The notes: a model not told the origin generated them from the letters alone. Positions 11,848 through 22,617 are shown, counted from the stretch's first letter. The stretch: 64,000 nt of DNA from an uncultured Verrucomicrobiae bacterium (GCA_963822005.1 CAWGGD010000044.1:13305-77304); one strand, 5' to 3'. Numbers and translations are program-made.

Positions 11848-13125
11848 TCAAGGAGCCCATTGGGCTCGGTAGAACTGCAGCCAGCCGGGAGCCCCGACCG
11901 TGCAGTTGCTGTACGTGCCGGTGAGAATGTTGGTCTGGAGCGGAATCCAATGCACCAGGTCGGTCGAGCCTTGAACGGCGTAGCGCGCACCCGCCTGTCC
12001 CTCGAGCCGGAAACTGAAAGTGTTGGAAGTCGTCCGCGCCGGGCTGCTGATGACGACCGGCACCACCAGTTTCGAGAGGGTTACGTCGCCGCCATTAGGC
12101 ACGACATCGAAGGTGACAAAGTTGGTCGAGTTCAGATTTGTAAACTGGGCGGGTAGGGCATGGTTGTTCTGCGAAACAGCCGCTCCCGGCCAATTGGCCG
12201 GCAGCGGTCGGCGCAGCGTGATCGGATAATTGTAAATGGAATCATCCAGGTTGTGGGTCACTTGGAGGGTAAGACTGTCGCCGGTGTTGGAGGTCTCCGT
12301 GACCGACGCTGCGTTGCGCTCCCGTATATAGCAGACCACATGACCGAAGGTTTCCACCCAAAACTTGCTCTGGTTGGTGCTCAGGTAATTCAAAGTGGCC
12401 TCTAACGTCGCACTGGGAAGAGGGGAATAACCATTGTCATTATCAATCGCGTGGAGGAGGTACACGCACCAGGAGCGCGCCGTCGCGGCCGCATCCGCTT
12501 TGGCTCGGATATCCTGGAATTGCAATAGGCCCTGTGACCCGCAAACAAACGAGCTGATATTCATGAAGTCCGCCGGTGTGGACGGGACCAGCTGGCCCGA
12601 GCAGCCCCGTGCCGCAATGTAGTAGTTTGAAACCAGGGACGAGTTGGCGGGAGGACTGCAGTAGGGATAGGCTAGAGTGACGCACTTCTGGACCGTGACA
12701 TTCGCATTGATGCTGCTTTGGGAGTTCTGCAGCTCATTGGTCACCACCGCAGCCGAGGCGCTGCTAAGGTTGGGATGCGTCACCGTGTGACTGGCGACTT
12801 CATGGCCGAAGGAGGCCGCTGTTTGCACCGGCGACCAGGCTCCCCCGGGAAGCCAGGTTGTGACCGTGAACAGCGTCATCTTGAAACCCCTGGCGTTGAA
12901 CATCGGAACCGCTATCGAGTATTGGTTCGGCAGATCGTCATCGAAGGTGTAGGTGATCGCTCCCTGCCGGAATCCCTGCCAGGTTCCAATTTGATAGGGC
13001 GGGCTGACCGTGCCTGCCAGGCTTACGGATGCCGCCAGCAGGCCCAGCAAGCCCCGAACGGCTCCCGTGTGCAGGAGTGTGTGTCTGAACCCCAGATTCA
13101 CGGGGAGTCGTGTCGGCACGGGCAT
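11848..13125 (-). CDS. Secreted polysaccharide deacetylase (CE4/NodB) with C-terminal FYR domain
   Basis: TYTFDD, HEVASHTVTHP, AYPY motifs; hydrophobic N-terminus; ends STDLVHW...QFYRAQWAP. Confidence 0.85.
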   Translation of the reverse strand: MPVPTRLPVNLGFRHTLLHTGAVRGLLGLLAASVSLAGTVSPPYQIGTWQGFRQGAITYTFDDDLPNQYSIAVPMFNARGFKMTLFTVTTWLPGGAWSPVQTAASFGHEVASHTVTHPNLSSASAAVVTNELQNSQSSINANVTVQKCVTLAYPYCSPPANSSLVSNYYIAARGCSGQLVPSTPADFMNISSFVCGSQGLLQFQDIRAKADAAATARSWCVYLLHAIDNDNGYSPLPSATLEATLNYLSTNQSKFWVETFGHVVCYIRERNAASVTETSNTGDSLTLQVTHNLDDSIYNYPITLRRPLPANWPGAAVSQNNHALPAQFTNLNSTNFVTFDVVPNGGDVTLSKLVVPVVISSPARTTSNTFSFRLEGQAGARYAVQGSTDLVHWIPLQTNILTGTYSNCTVGAPGWLQFYRAQWAP

Positions 13126-13266
13126 GGCAATTCGCTGGCGATTGTAACTACGCTTTCAGGCGCACAGAATCAACCCAGAACCGGTCATCAAAACAGGAAC
13201 ACGGACTGACAAGTCACAGACCATAAACGGCAAGATCCTGAACGTGAGGGCCAAATTAAATTAAGT

Positions 13267-13341
13267 TGGTAGCGCGTACGGGAATCGAACCCGTCTTTCA
13301 GCCTTGAGAGGGCCGTGTCCTAACCGATAGACGAACGCGCC
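13267..13341 (-). tRNA. tRNA-Glu (anticodon CTC)
   Basis: GGCGCGT/ACGCGCT acceptor stem; anticodon arm CGGCC-CTCTCAA-GGCTG; T-loop GGTTCGATTCC; encoded CCA; 75 nt. Confidence 0.97.
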
Positions 13342-13359
13342 GCTCGGCCACTTGCTCAC

Positions 13360-13387
13360 ATGCTAACCGTCCCCGGCCCGTTGTCAA
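13360..13387 (-). promoter_or_regulatory. Putative sigma70 promoter of tRNA-Glu
   Basis: TTGACA-N16-TAGCAT ending 18 nt upstream of the tRNA. Confidence 0.55.
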
Positions 13388-13405
13388 CCGAAGCTCCCGC
13401 TCCCG

Positions 13406-15578
13406 TCAGTTCCCCGGTTGCCGATACGCGCGCCCGCTCCGATACAGCGCCAGCCGCGCCGCGGCGGCATCCGCCACCTCCTGATTCCCCGCGGCCAGAG
13501 CCAGATTCCGCGTCTGCTCCGCGGCCGTGATGGCCTCCGCCAGCCGCCCGGCCTCCGCATACGCGGCGTCCAAGAGTGCCCAGAAACCGCGCCTCCCGGT
13601 GCCCGCTCAACTCACACGCGCGCTCGGCCAACCGCACGGCCTCGGCGCCGTCGCGCAGCTCGGCCCGGGAAGTGGTGGCCAGCAGCCAAGCCAGGTCGTT
13701 CAGTGGCTCCGGCCAATCGGCCTTGAGCCGAATCGCCTCCTGATAGTGCCGGACCGCCTCCTCTGGCTGACCAAGGATCACCAACGCCAGCGCCAGGTGG
13801 TAGTGGGCCTCGGCGTCCGGCCGGAGCCGAACCAACTCGGCAAACTGACTGGCGGCCTCGGCCGTCCGGCCCCCCTTGGCCAAGGCCAACCCGAGCGCCT
13901 CACGCACCGCGGCGTTTGTCGGGTCGGCCGTTACCACAGCCCAATACTCGCTGATCGCTTCCGCTACCTTGGCTTGCTCCAAAAACGTCTCCGCCAGTTG
14001 GCGGTGACCCTCCGCCTGCCAGAGGGGAGACAAGTGCTGAAGGGCCGCCACCGCATCCGCTGCTTTGTTCTGCCGCGCCCACCCTAGTGCGAGGCTAATC
14101 CGCGCTCGCGCGTAGGTCGGATCCAGCCGCAGCGCCTCGGTGAAATGCCGCTCCGCTTCAGGCCAGTTGTCCTCTGCCACAAGTATAGCGCCTAGGTTGT
14201 TGTGCATCACCGCCGTGCCTCCCGTGACACTAATCGCACGTTCCAGCAAGGCCTTACTCGTATGCCAGTAGGTCAGTTGGTGCCTCGTGCTAAAGGCAAG
14301 CAGCGCCACCACCAGCGCGGTCGCGCCGCCGAGAGCCAGCGCGCGCCACCGCCAGCCGGGCGCGACCTCGGCCGCCCACCACACCACCAGGAGAAAGAGC
14401 CCTATGGAAGGGACATACGTGAACCGGTCGCCCAGCGCTTGCTCGCCGACCTGAATCAGGCCAAGCGCAGGAACCAGTGTGCCCAGGAACCAAAACCAGC
14501 CCACGGGGATGTATGGCCGCTGGCGACCCAGACGCAGCGCACCAAGGCACAGGCCGACGAGCAGCGTAGCGGCCGCGATGGTCTGCCAGGCCGGCAAGAC
14601 CGGTTGGTGCGGATATAGCACCGCCAGGTCGCGCGGCCAAATCGTCATGCCGAGGTACTTCACGTAGGAAACGAGCGCGTTGGCCAGCCGGTGGCCAAAG
14701 GAGAGGTGCACCATGCCCATCGCTCCCGCTGTCCGTTGCGTCCAGTAGGTGACCGCAATCGAGACCGCCGCCAGCGCGAGGAATGGGACCTTCTCGAAGA
14801 GAAGACCCGGGAGAGCCGAGGGGCCAGGGGTGCCGGGCGATGGCTGCGGCAGGGTTGAGGGTTGAGGATTGAGAGTTGAGAGCCGGAAACGTCGCAGCGG
14901 CCAGAAGTCCAGGAGAAGAAGCACGCAGGGCAAGGTGACGATCATCGCCTTGCTCATCAGCCCCAGCGCGAAGAACAGGAGGGAGAGAAGGTAATAGCGT
15001 GAAACGTGATGCGTGAAACGTGATGCGTGATGTGTAGTCCCAGGGTCGGGCTCCCGCATTCCGCACTCCGCACTCCGCACTCCGCATTCCGCATAGCGCG
15101 CATACGCCCACACTGTCAGCATGAAGAAAAAGGTGCTCAGCACGTCCTTGCGTTCGGCGATCCAGGCCACCGACTCCACCCGCAGCGGGTGCAGGCCAAA
15201 CAGGGCGGCGACAGCCGCGCTTGGCCAGGTCGTACCCGTCATCCGCTGGAGAAGCCAAAACAGCAGGACCGTGTTGGCGACATGGAACAGCAGACTGGTC
15301 AGGTGATGGCCCCCGGCATTCAAGCCAAACAACTCCATGTCAACCATGTGCGACAGCCACGTCAGCGGAAACCAGTTGCCGTAATACCCCGTGCTGAAGG
15401 CCCACACCACGTTTTCCACCCTCAACCCGCTCAACACATGCGGGTTCGCCGTAACATAGTAAGGATCATCATAGTTGGTGAAGTCGCAATGGACCACTGG
15501 CCAGAACGCCGCCAGTGTGATCGCGCTCAGCAGTACAATTACCCAACCTGTGCGCCGTCCAGCCTCAATCTGTTGCAT
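13406..15578 (-). CDS. TMTC-like membrane protein (GT-C domain + TPR repeats), frameshift near 13570
   Basis: NYDDPYYV, WFPLTWLSH, HPLRVESVAWIAERKDVLS, DRFTYVP, then TPRs; corrected C-terminus ...YRSGRAYRQPGN stops at 13406. Confidence 0.85.
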
Positions 15579-15625
15579 CGTCAGCTTGTAGTCTTGCCCA
15601 TGGCCGCCCCGAACTCAACCGAAGA

Positions 15626-18001
15626 TCACAGGCTCGAACCCGCGGCGGAGGTTCCTGCTGCTTCTGTTACTAATCCCCGGGACTTGGCCCTGCCTGCCAG
15701 CCCGACGCCCAGGATTCCCAGGAACGCCACCCACCCAGCAAGGCTGATCCAGCGGCCGATCAGGTATCCGCTCGGGGCGTACTCCAGTCGCAGCCGATGG
15801 TTGCCGGCGCCCAGCGGGATGGCCATGAGGGTGTGGTCCGCGGGCAGGACGTCGTAATGGCGCTGGCTGCTGCCGGGCTGGGGTGTCGCAGTGAAGAAAC
15901 GGCTGTAGGAATCGGTGATCACCAGGAGCGCCGGCTGGGGAACGTTCGCCTCGATCGTCAGCGAGTCGGTGGTCTGGCTCAGGACACCGGCCGTGCCCTG
16001 GACCAGACCGGGGGCGGGAGCGGGCACGGGCTGCGATTCCAGGATTACGGTTTTGGCCGGGTCGAAGGCCTCGTCTTTCAGCGCCGCGAAGACGCGGTCG
16101 CGGTTGGTCAGCACCTGATAGTCCTGGGCCAGAAAGACGTGCGGCAGTTGGCTTTTGGCCTCGATGATCCGGGTCTGCCCATCCGGAGTGGGCGGGAAGG
16201 AATAACGCCAGCGCAGCAGGGCGCAGAGGGGATGAAAACGGGTGAAGGCAGGCCACATCAGGTCGTCAAAGTTATTCGGATCCAATCCCTGCGTGAGCGC
16301 GATGAACTCGGCATACCGCCTTGACACGTTTGTAACGTAGCCCCAGACACAATAGGAGCGGGAGGCGAAAGCCTCATTGGGGACGCGGGGCTCGTAGTAG
16401 CGGTAGTCGCCGGGATGTCGGGCCAGGAACTCCTGCACGCCTTCCGCGAGCGAGGTCCCGTAAGGGTAGGTGGGCCGTTCCGTGCGCGCGTTGATAAAGA
16501 GCTCGACGACGGCCACCGCGGCCAAAAGGTATGCCGCTCTCGAGTGGCTGCGGGCATTCCACAGGATAGCCGCGATCAAAGCCAAAGTGAGGGCGCTGAC
16601 ACAACACGCGGCTGCCGCATAAGCGCCGGCTTGGGCGACTCCCGGCGCGGTCTGGTAGACCGCCGGGCTGATATAATGGTGCGCGCCGCCCATTCGCCAC
16701 ATGAACCGGCCCCAAATGCCGCCCGGCCCGTCTTCGGCTAGCACGCTGATGAGCACTCCGATCCCGCCGACGAGCACGGCCAGCGCGATGGCCACCCCGG
16801 CGGCCAGCAGGCGCCGCCTACCGCACTCGGCTAGCCTGTCGAGGCCCATCCCGGCAAGTAGAGACAGGAACAGCATCGCTTGGAAGATGAACTTGGAGTC
16901 CCCGCGGAAACGATCAAAGCCCGGAATGCAGTGGTAGAAGAGGGGGAACAGCGGTGAGTACGACCCCAGCGCCAGCAAGAACAATAACAGCGCCATGACC
17001 AGCAGGAGCCGGGCGCGCCTCCAGGCCCCGAGCACGCCATAGACCGCCAGGGCCAAGCCGGCCACCCCCATGAAGACGGAAGTCTCCCAGAGATACCAGG
17101 AGCCCCAGTACGGAGCGTCAATGGAGTTGCCAAAGAATTGTGGTGCGAGAAGCGTAAGGAAATTCTCAGGCGGAAACGAGAACGTGCCGGCAACCTGATA
17201 GCTGAGACCACTCCGGCCGGCACGAATGCCTTCACTCGCGGCCTGGACGATGGCAATGGTCTGCACCGCGGTCAGGATCAGCCCGGCGATGCCGATCGCG
17301 GCAAAGGCAGCTATCGCCTTGAGCCGGTTCGAGTTGGAAACCAGGCGCAGCAGGGCATAGAGGCACAGAGCGATGGCGGTAAAATAAACGTACTGGGGAT
17401 GTCCGGAGAACATCTGCATGGCCAAGCTGAAAGAGCCAAGCAAGAGTCCGTCACAGTACCGCTGGCTGAGAATGAAATCGAACGAGAGCAAGAGGAGGGG
17501 CACCCAGACCATCGCCGCCATGTTGGTAGCGTGCCCCGGCAGCAGATGCAGAAAAAACGGCCCGCCAAACATCATGATCACCCCGGCCAACAGCCCTGCC
17601 GGCTTGCTCAGGGACCGGTGGCGCGCCCAGAAATAGGTGAACAGCCCGACGAGGAAGGTATGCAGCGCAATCAGGGTGTTGACTGCGCGGTCGGGCGGGA
17701 GGATCAGATGCAGCCAGTTCGGGGGGTAGAGGATGGCGATCTGCGGCTCGGCAAAAAATGGCATGCCGCTGAAAGTGTAGGGGTTGTGGAGCATGAGGTG
17801 GCCGCGCGCCAGTTCCTCGAAGGCCGGGACGCGCCAGAGCAGGTCCCAGGTTGTCATATCCATGCCGAACAGCGATAGCACGGGCCGCTGCAGGCTGAAG
17901 AGCACGTCGCCATACATGGCCAACGTCAAAACGAGAAGGACACCCGGCGCAAAAACGGGGGAGCGAAATCCACTGCGCAAGGTGACCGATGTGAACCTCA
18001 T
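15626..18001 (-). CDS. YfhO-like multi-TM membrane protein (GT-C like)
   Basis: NPYTFSGMPFFA, YPPNW, GHPQY, many TM helices, C-terminal G.H...L.Y.P plus TM. Confidence 0.75.
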   Translation of the reverse strand: MRFTSVTLRSGFRSPVFAPGVLLVLTLAMYGDVLFSLQRPVLSLFGMDMTTWDLLWRVPAFEELARGHLMLHNPYTFSGMPFFAEPQIAILYPPNWLHLILPPDRAVNTLIALHTFLVGLFTYFWARHRSLSKPAGLLAGVIMMFGGPFFLHLLPGHATNMAAMVWVPLLLLSFDFILSQRYCDGLLLGSFSLAMQMFSGHPQYVYFTAIALCLYALLRLVSNSNRLKAIAAFAAIGIAGLILTAVQTIAIVQAASEGIRAGRSGLSYQVAGTFSFPPENFLTLLAPQFFGNSIDAPYWGSWYLWETSVFMGVAGLALAVYGVLGAWRRARLLLVMALLLFLLALGSYSPLFPLFYHCIPGFDRFRGDSKFIFQAMLFLSLLAGMGLDRLAECGRRRLLAAGVAIALAVLVGGIGVLISVLAEDGPGGIWGRFMWRMGGAHHYISPAVYQTAPGVAQAGAYAAAACCVSALTLALIAAILWNARSHSRAAYLLAAVAVVELFINARTERPTYPYGTSLAEGVQEFLARHPGDYRYYEPRVPNEAFASRSYCVWGYVTNVSRRYAEFIALTQGLDPNNFDDLMWPAFTRFHPLCALLRWRYSFPPTPDGQTRIIEAKSQLPHVFLAQDYQVLTNRDRVFAALKDEAFDPAKTVILESQPVPAPAPGLVQGTAGVLSQTTDSLTIEANVPQPALLVITDSYSRFFTATPQPGSSQRHYDVLPADHTLMAIPLGAGNHRLRLEYAPSGYLIGRWISLAGWVAFLGILGVGLAGRAKSRGLVTEAAGTSAAGSSL

Positions 18002-19062
18002 AAAGCTGCCTCGGTTTCCGTCTTTTCGGCCACCGCATAGAGAAGAAGCCCATTAACGACGAACCTTCGCTTCAGCGCGAAGCCGTTCTTTGCCAGAGTG
18101 GCCCGGAGGCGGCTTTTTGTGAAATGGTTGATATGGCCACAGCGGACGCGATGATACCGGCTGCCCCGAATATACCCCAGGTAGATGCAGTTCAGGTTGA
18201 AAAGAATGAAGAAGGGGCCCAGAAAGAGATCGTAGGGGACGGTGATCAGGTATTTGCCACCCGCTTTCAATATCCGGTGAACTTCCTTGAGAGTCTGGTC
18301 GAGGTCGAGCATGTGCTCCAGGACCTCGGAGGTGACAACGATGTCGAACGCACTGGCCGGCAGCGACGTCTCCGCCAGATTGCACGTCACGCGACAGTCG
18401 GCCAATCGCTTGTTCCGGCAGGCCCATTGGAGCATGCGTTCATTGATGTCCACGCCGGTGACGGGCGCCCCCCAGGTGTTCCACCAGCAATTGCCGCAGC
18501 CCAGATCGGCGATCCGCATGCCTGGGCGATAGTGCTCAGCCACCAGTTGTCCAAGTCGTTCATAACGGGATCGGTGGTACCAGGCGCGGAATCGGCTGAC
18601 TTTGGTTGGGTCGGTCTGTTCGTCGTAGTAGTCCTCATCAAGTCCTTGGTAGTCAACCTGCGCCAGTCGGGCGGTGCTGAAGGTTGACACGCGAATCGTC
18701 AGGACACTCAATGCCGAAAGGACGCCGATCGAACACAGTACGCCAAGTGGGAAAGACATCCCCAGGCAGCGGAGAAACAACCAAAGCGGGGCCATGCTCG
18801 CCGCCGCAACGCCGACATAAAGCAGGCCCTGTAATAGCAACGGCGTGCGCATCCGGATCTCGCGGTTTGCATTGATCACGTAATAATACAAGTGATGGAA
18901 TAACAGGTTTACCAGCGTTCCCGCAAAGAACGACCGGAAAGGATTCCACCCCAGGCCCCGATGGAACAAAAGGCTGGCCGCGACATTCAGGCCCGACCCC
19001 AGCAGCCCGCCGAGAAGCAAAACCTGAAGTGGTGAGTGTCGTATCCGTTGATTAGGTTCCAT
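17998..19062 (-). CDS. Class I SAM methyltransferase with N-terminal 4-TM (GtrA-like) domain
   Basis: ADLGCG, FDIVVTSEVLEH, LITVP, GHINHFT; ~125-aa hydrophobic N-terminus; ATGA-type overlap with next gene. Confidence 0.8.
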   Translation of the reverse strand: MEPNQRIRHSPLQVLLLGGLLGSGLNVAASLLFHRGLGWNPFRSFFAGTLVNLLFHHLYYYVINANREIRMRTPLLLQGLLYVGVAAASMAPLWLFLRCLGMSFPLGVLCSIGVLSALSVLTIRVSTFSTARLAQVDYQGLDEDYYDEQTDPTKVSRFRAWYHRSRYERLGQLVAEHYRPGMRIADLGCGNCWWNTWGAPVTGVDINERMLQWACRNKRLADCRVTCNLAETSLPASAFDIVVTSEVLEHMLDLDQTLKEVHRILKAGGKYLITVPYDLFLGPFFILFNLNCIYLGYIRGSRYHRVRCGHINHFTKSRLRATLAKNGFALKRRFVVNGLLLYAVAEKTETEAAL

Positions 19063-19354
19063 CGGTCAAAGCCTCGGTCACCTTTACGTTCCATCGGGCA
19101 TCCATTGTTCCAGGGTGAACCAACAGGCGGATGATTGTGCTCCCGAGAGGGGTAAAGGGTCAAGTTTGCCGCTTCTCCTTGAGCGGACACAGATTTCACC
19201 GCCCGCCAAACGGCACTCTCTCGTCGCTGCGATGGGTGGCGGCACTGAATTGCTACGGCGCAGAACTGCCGGTTCGGGAGGGGGCGAGCGCCCCCGCTGC
19301 CCCGCGGTCAGGGGGAGGTTGAGGCTCGCTGGGACACGCGCCCTCCCGGAGTAC

Positions 19355-19384
19355 AAAAAGAAGCCGCCCTTGCGGACGGCTTCT
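19355..19384 (-). terminator. Rho-independent terminator after PEP-CTERM gene
   Basis: AGAAGCCGTCC-GCAA-GGGCGGCTTCT-TTTT on the minus strand. Confidence 0.8.
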
Positions 19385-19406
19385 GTGAAGAACTCTGTGT
19401 TACGTC

Positions 19407-20066
19407 CTAATTGCGACGGCGGAACGCTAGCAGCGCCGCCACTCCCAGACCTGCCAGCGCGAACGTGGAAGGCTCAGGAATGATATACAGGTTGAAGCTC
19501 GCCGGGAGGATCGTGGTCGGCGGGGTGTTTAAGCTGCCGCCGATATTCGCCAGGCTGAATATTCCACCCTTGCCGGCAGCGATGAGCCCACCTTCAAAAG
19601 CAGCGGCTGCTTGCGTCCAATTCGCATACTTGCCGCTGCTGTTGTCCCAGGCAACCACCTCGAACACAGCCGTAGTAGCATCCGCTGCCACGCCGTTCAG
19701 CGTGACACTCTTGGCGGCGATATTACCCTGCGCGCCACCCGTGCGGAACGTCGTGATGCTGCCTGTTTGCGGGATCAAGCTGCCTTCAGGCGTGCCGGCG
19801 GGCCCGGCAAGGAGCTGGGCAAACGTGGTCGACGCGGAAAGGCCGCCCACGCCACCGATCATAGTCATGCCAGCGGCAGCGTAGTTGACTGTGCCCACCG
19901 GATTATCGTTTGTGCCAAAGCCGATCAAGGACAGGCCGGCTTTGGTGGATGACGGACCCCAGATGTGGGTGGTGGTCCCGAAGCGCATATCGAACGCAAC
20001 TGTGCCTTGGGCGAATACGCCCACGGCGCAAGTGACTGCGAATGCTGCGAGTATCAGTTTTTTCAT
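19407..20066 (-). CDS. PEP-CTERM sorting domain protein
   Basis: Signal peptide MKKLILAAFAVTCAVGVFAQ; C-terminus IPEPSTFALAGLGVAALLAFRRRN. Confidence 0.95.
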   Translation of the reverse strand: MKKLILAAFAVTCAVGVFAQGTVAFDMRFGTTTHIWGPSSTKAGLSLIGFGTNDNPVGTVNYAAAGMTMIGGVGGLSASTTFAQLLAGPAGTPEGSLIPQTGSITTFRTGGAQGNIAAKSVTLNGVAADATTAVFEVVAWDNSSGKYANWTQAAAAFEGGLIAAGKGGIFSLANIGGSLNTPPTTILPASFNLYIIPEPSTFALAGLGVAALLAFRRRN

Positions 20067-20131
20067 AGGTTTGTGTTATTTATCTATTTGTTGTGGGTTC
20101 TTAGATTGGTTTTGTTTGTTCTTGTTTAGGG

Positions 20132-20762
20132 TTACTGCACCGTAAAGTTACGCACCCAACTGGTGCTGACACTAGTAGAGTATTTGAGATAGAAGAAGCC
20201 TTCGCCAACCTTGAGGCTCAGCCCGGACGGCCAAGCCAGGTCAACGTCGTCGAACTTCCAAGAATCATAGCCGGACCCATTCCAAGTGTAGATATAGTCG
20301 TTGGCTTCGCCGGGGATATTGAAGTCCACGGGCGTGCCCGCCTGCGGAACCATCGACGAGCGGAACACTTTCGTGTCGATCGGCAGGTTGTTCGCCAGGT
20401 TGCCTTGCAACACTTCACCGACGAACGTCAGCGTCGTGGCTGCGGGACTATAGTAGTACATTGCTTCACCCGGATTCAGGGTCCACTCGGGGTGAGCCCA
20501 AACCAGATCAACGTCGTCAAACTTGTTGTCCTGGAAGGCGCCGCCTGAGTACTTGTACACATAAGCATTCGGCGGACCGTTCGGGATCAAGGCCCCAACC
20601 GTGTTGTTCGTGGTGTTCAGTTGATTGGCGATCATCTGCTTCGAATTGGCCGCCACCGTGACGTTGTAGTAACCCACAACGTTGAGGGAATAAACCTGTG
20701 CCATCGGTACTGGACAGGCCCGCGGCCAAAGCGACCGCGCATAGGAGTGTTTTTGTTCTCAT
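20132..20762 (-). CDS. Secreted protein with mature start QVYSLNVVGYYN, frameshift in signal peptide (~20708)
   Basis: MRTKTLLCAVALAAGLSS joins MAQVYSLNVVGY; two internal KFDDVDL.W repeats. Confidence 0.75.
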
Positions 20763-20804
20763 ATTTGTCTATTTATGTAGTCTGTGTTTACCGTGTGTAT
20801 CGCC

Positions 20805-20832
20805 ACTTTACAGGAATCCAGGTTCCTGTCAA
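20805..20832 (-). promoter_or_regulatory. Putative strong sigma70 promoter with palindromic spacer
   Basis: TTGACA-N16-TAAAGT; upstream A-tracts; ACAGGAA-N6-TTCCTGT inverted repeat across the spacer. Confidence 0.6.
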
Positions 20833-21104
20833 CAGTTTTCTAAACTTTTTTTGAACAATTTTTGCCCCCCCGATTTGACCTTTTTTGTCGTCCCCAAGGC
20901 CAATTTCGGTTGGGCGTAACTAGCCCCAATTCCGCCTCTTACAAGCCTTTTCCGTGCCATCCCGCTGGCTGGCCCCGGCCTCTCAGGCCCATCTGCGGTG
21001 GAATACAGCGGGGATGGGGGCGGAAGCAAGGGGAATCCGAGACCGAATTCGCTGACAGCCTTTTTGGCTTTGAATCCGCAGGGCGGAATCCTAAATTGGC
21101 CGGC

Positions 21105-21728
21105 GTGAGCACGTCGAATTATCGGGTGCGGCGCGCGACGCTGGATGACATTGGCCAGTTGACGACCTTCTGGGAGTCAATGCATTACCCGGTTTTTGCC
21201 CTGGCCAAGCGTGTGACCGAATTCCAGGTAGCGGAGGGCGCGGACGGCAAATTGCTGGGTGGGGTGGGCCTGCAAATCGCCGAGCGTCAGGGACTGGTCC
21301 ACAGCGAGGCGTTCGGTGACTTCGCGCTGGCGGAGCAGTTGCGGCCGCTGCTGTGGGACCGGCTGCATGCCGTGGCGACGAACCACGGCCTGCTGCGGAT
21401 CTGGACGCAGGAGCCGGCGCCGTTCTGGAATCACTGCGGGCTGGCCAAAGCCGACGCGGAGGCGCTGCAGAAGCTGCCGATGTTGTGGCGCGGACCGACC
21501 TCCGGCTGGCTGACCCTGAAGCTGAAGGATGACGTGGAAATGGTCATGTCGCTGGACAAGGAATTCGCGCTGTTCATGCAATCGGAAAAGCAGCGGACGG
21601 AACGGGTCTTTCAGCAGGCACGGATGCTGAAGACCATCGCGACGCTGATCGCCCTGGTGGTGCTGATTGCCGTGGCGGCGTGGGGTGTGAGCGTCTTCAT
21701 GCGCAACCCGCAGTTATTGCATCGCTGA
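21105..21728 (+). CDS. GNAT-like fold protein with C-terminal TM anchor
   Basis: GTG start; YRVRRATLDD, F.VAE....LLG.VGL and APFW...G patterns; C-terminal hydrophobic helix. Confidence 0.55.
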   Translation: MSTSNYRVRRATLDDIGQLTTFWESMHYPVFALAKRVTEFQVAEGADGKLLGGVGLQIAERQGLVHSEAFGDFALAEQLRPLLWDRLHAVATNHGLLRIWTQEPAPFWNHCGLAKADAEALQKLPMLWRGPTSGWLTLKLKDDVEMVMSLDKEFALFMQSEKQRTERVFQQARMLKTIATLIALVVLIAVAAWGVSVFMRNPQLLHR

Positions 21729-22617
21729 GGCGGCGGGGGAGGCTGAACTCGTCGGCGTGGTAGGAGCTGCGGACCATCGGGGCGCTGGCGACGTGGAGGA
21801 AACCCATTTGGCGCGCGCGCGCGCCGTAGGCGGCAAACTTCTCGGGAGTGACGAACTCCGCCACCGGCAAATGCCTGAGGGTGGGCTGGAGGTACTGGCC
21901 GAGGGTGAGGAGATCGCAGCCGACCTCGCGGAGATCGGCCAGGGCGGTGAAGATTTCGGCCTCGGTTTCGCCCAGGCCCAGCATGAGGCCGGACTTGGAG
22001 TAAACTGACTGGCCGGGCGTAGCCTTGACCTGGGCGAGCACGGTCAGCGAACGGTCGTAGGTGGCGCGTGAACGCACGACGGGGGTGAGGCGGCGCACGG
22101 TCTCGAGGTTGTGATTGAAGATGTGGGGGCAGGCGGCGAGCACGGTGTTGACGGCGGCGGCGCGTGCGTTGAAATCAGGCGTCAACACTTCGATGACGGT
22201 ACCGGGGTTGAGCGCGCGCACTGCCTCGACGGTGCGGCGGAAATGGTCGGCGCCGCCGTCGGACAGGTCGTCGCGGGCGACAGCGGTAATGACGACGTGG
22301 CGGAGGCGGAGGCGGCGGGTGGCTTCCGCGACGCGGGCCGGCTCGTCCGCGTCCAGCGGGAGAGGTTTGGCGGTGGTGACAGCGCAGAAGCTGCAGGCGC
22401 GGGTGCAGCGGTCGCCGCCGATCATGAAGGTGGCGGTGCCTTTGCTCCAGCATTCCCAGTGGTTCGGACAGGCGGCGCTTTGGCAAACGGTGTGGAGCCT
22501 CAGCTCGTCGAGCAGCGCGCGGGTGTGTGCAAAAGTGTCGGTGGTGGGCAGCCGGGTGCGGAGCCAGGCCGGCAGGCGGAGGCGGGGCCCGGTTGCGGCA
22601 GGGGGCGATCCGGTCAT
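21697..22617 (-). CDS. lipA: Lipoyl synthase
   Basis: CQSAACPNHWEC, CTRACSFC, HNLETV, GQYLQP, VRSSYHA. Confidence 0.95.
   Translation of the reverse strand: MTGSPPAATGPRLRLPAWLRTRLPTTDTFAHTRALLDELRLHTVCQSAACPNHWECWSKGTATFMIGGDRCTRACSFCAVTTAKPLPLDADEPARVAEATRRLRLRHVVITAVARDDLSDGGADHFRRTVEAVRALNPGTVIEVLTPDFNARAAAVNTVLAACPHIFNHNLETVRRLTPVVRSRATYDRSLTVLAQVKATPGQSVYSKSGLMLGLGETEAEIFTALADLREVGCDLLTLGQYLQPTLRHLPVAEFVTPEKFAAYGARARQMGFLHVASAPMVRSSYHADEFSLPRRLSDAITAGCA

Noticed and set aside
13130-13266. Integrative element at the tRNA-Glu 3' end
   Set aside because: Short AT-rich stretch, but no integrase and no duplicated tRNA 3' end noticed
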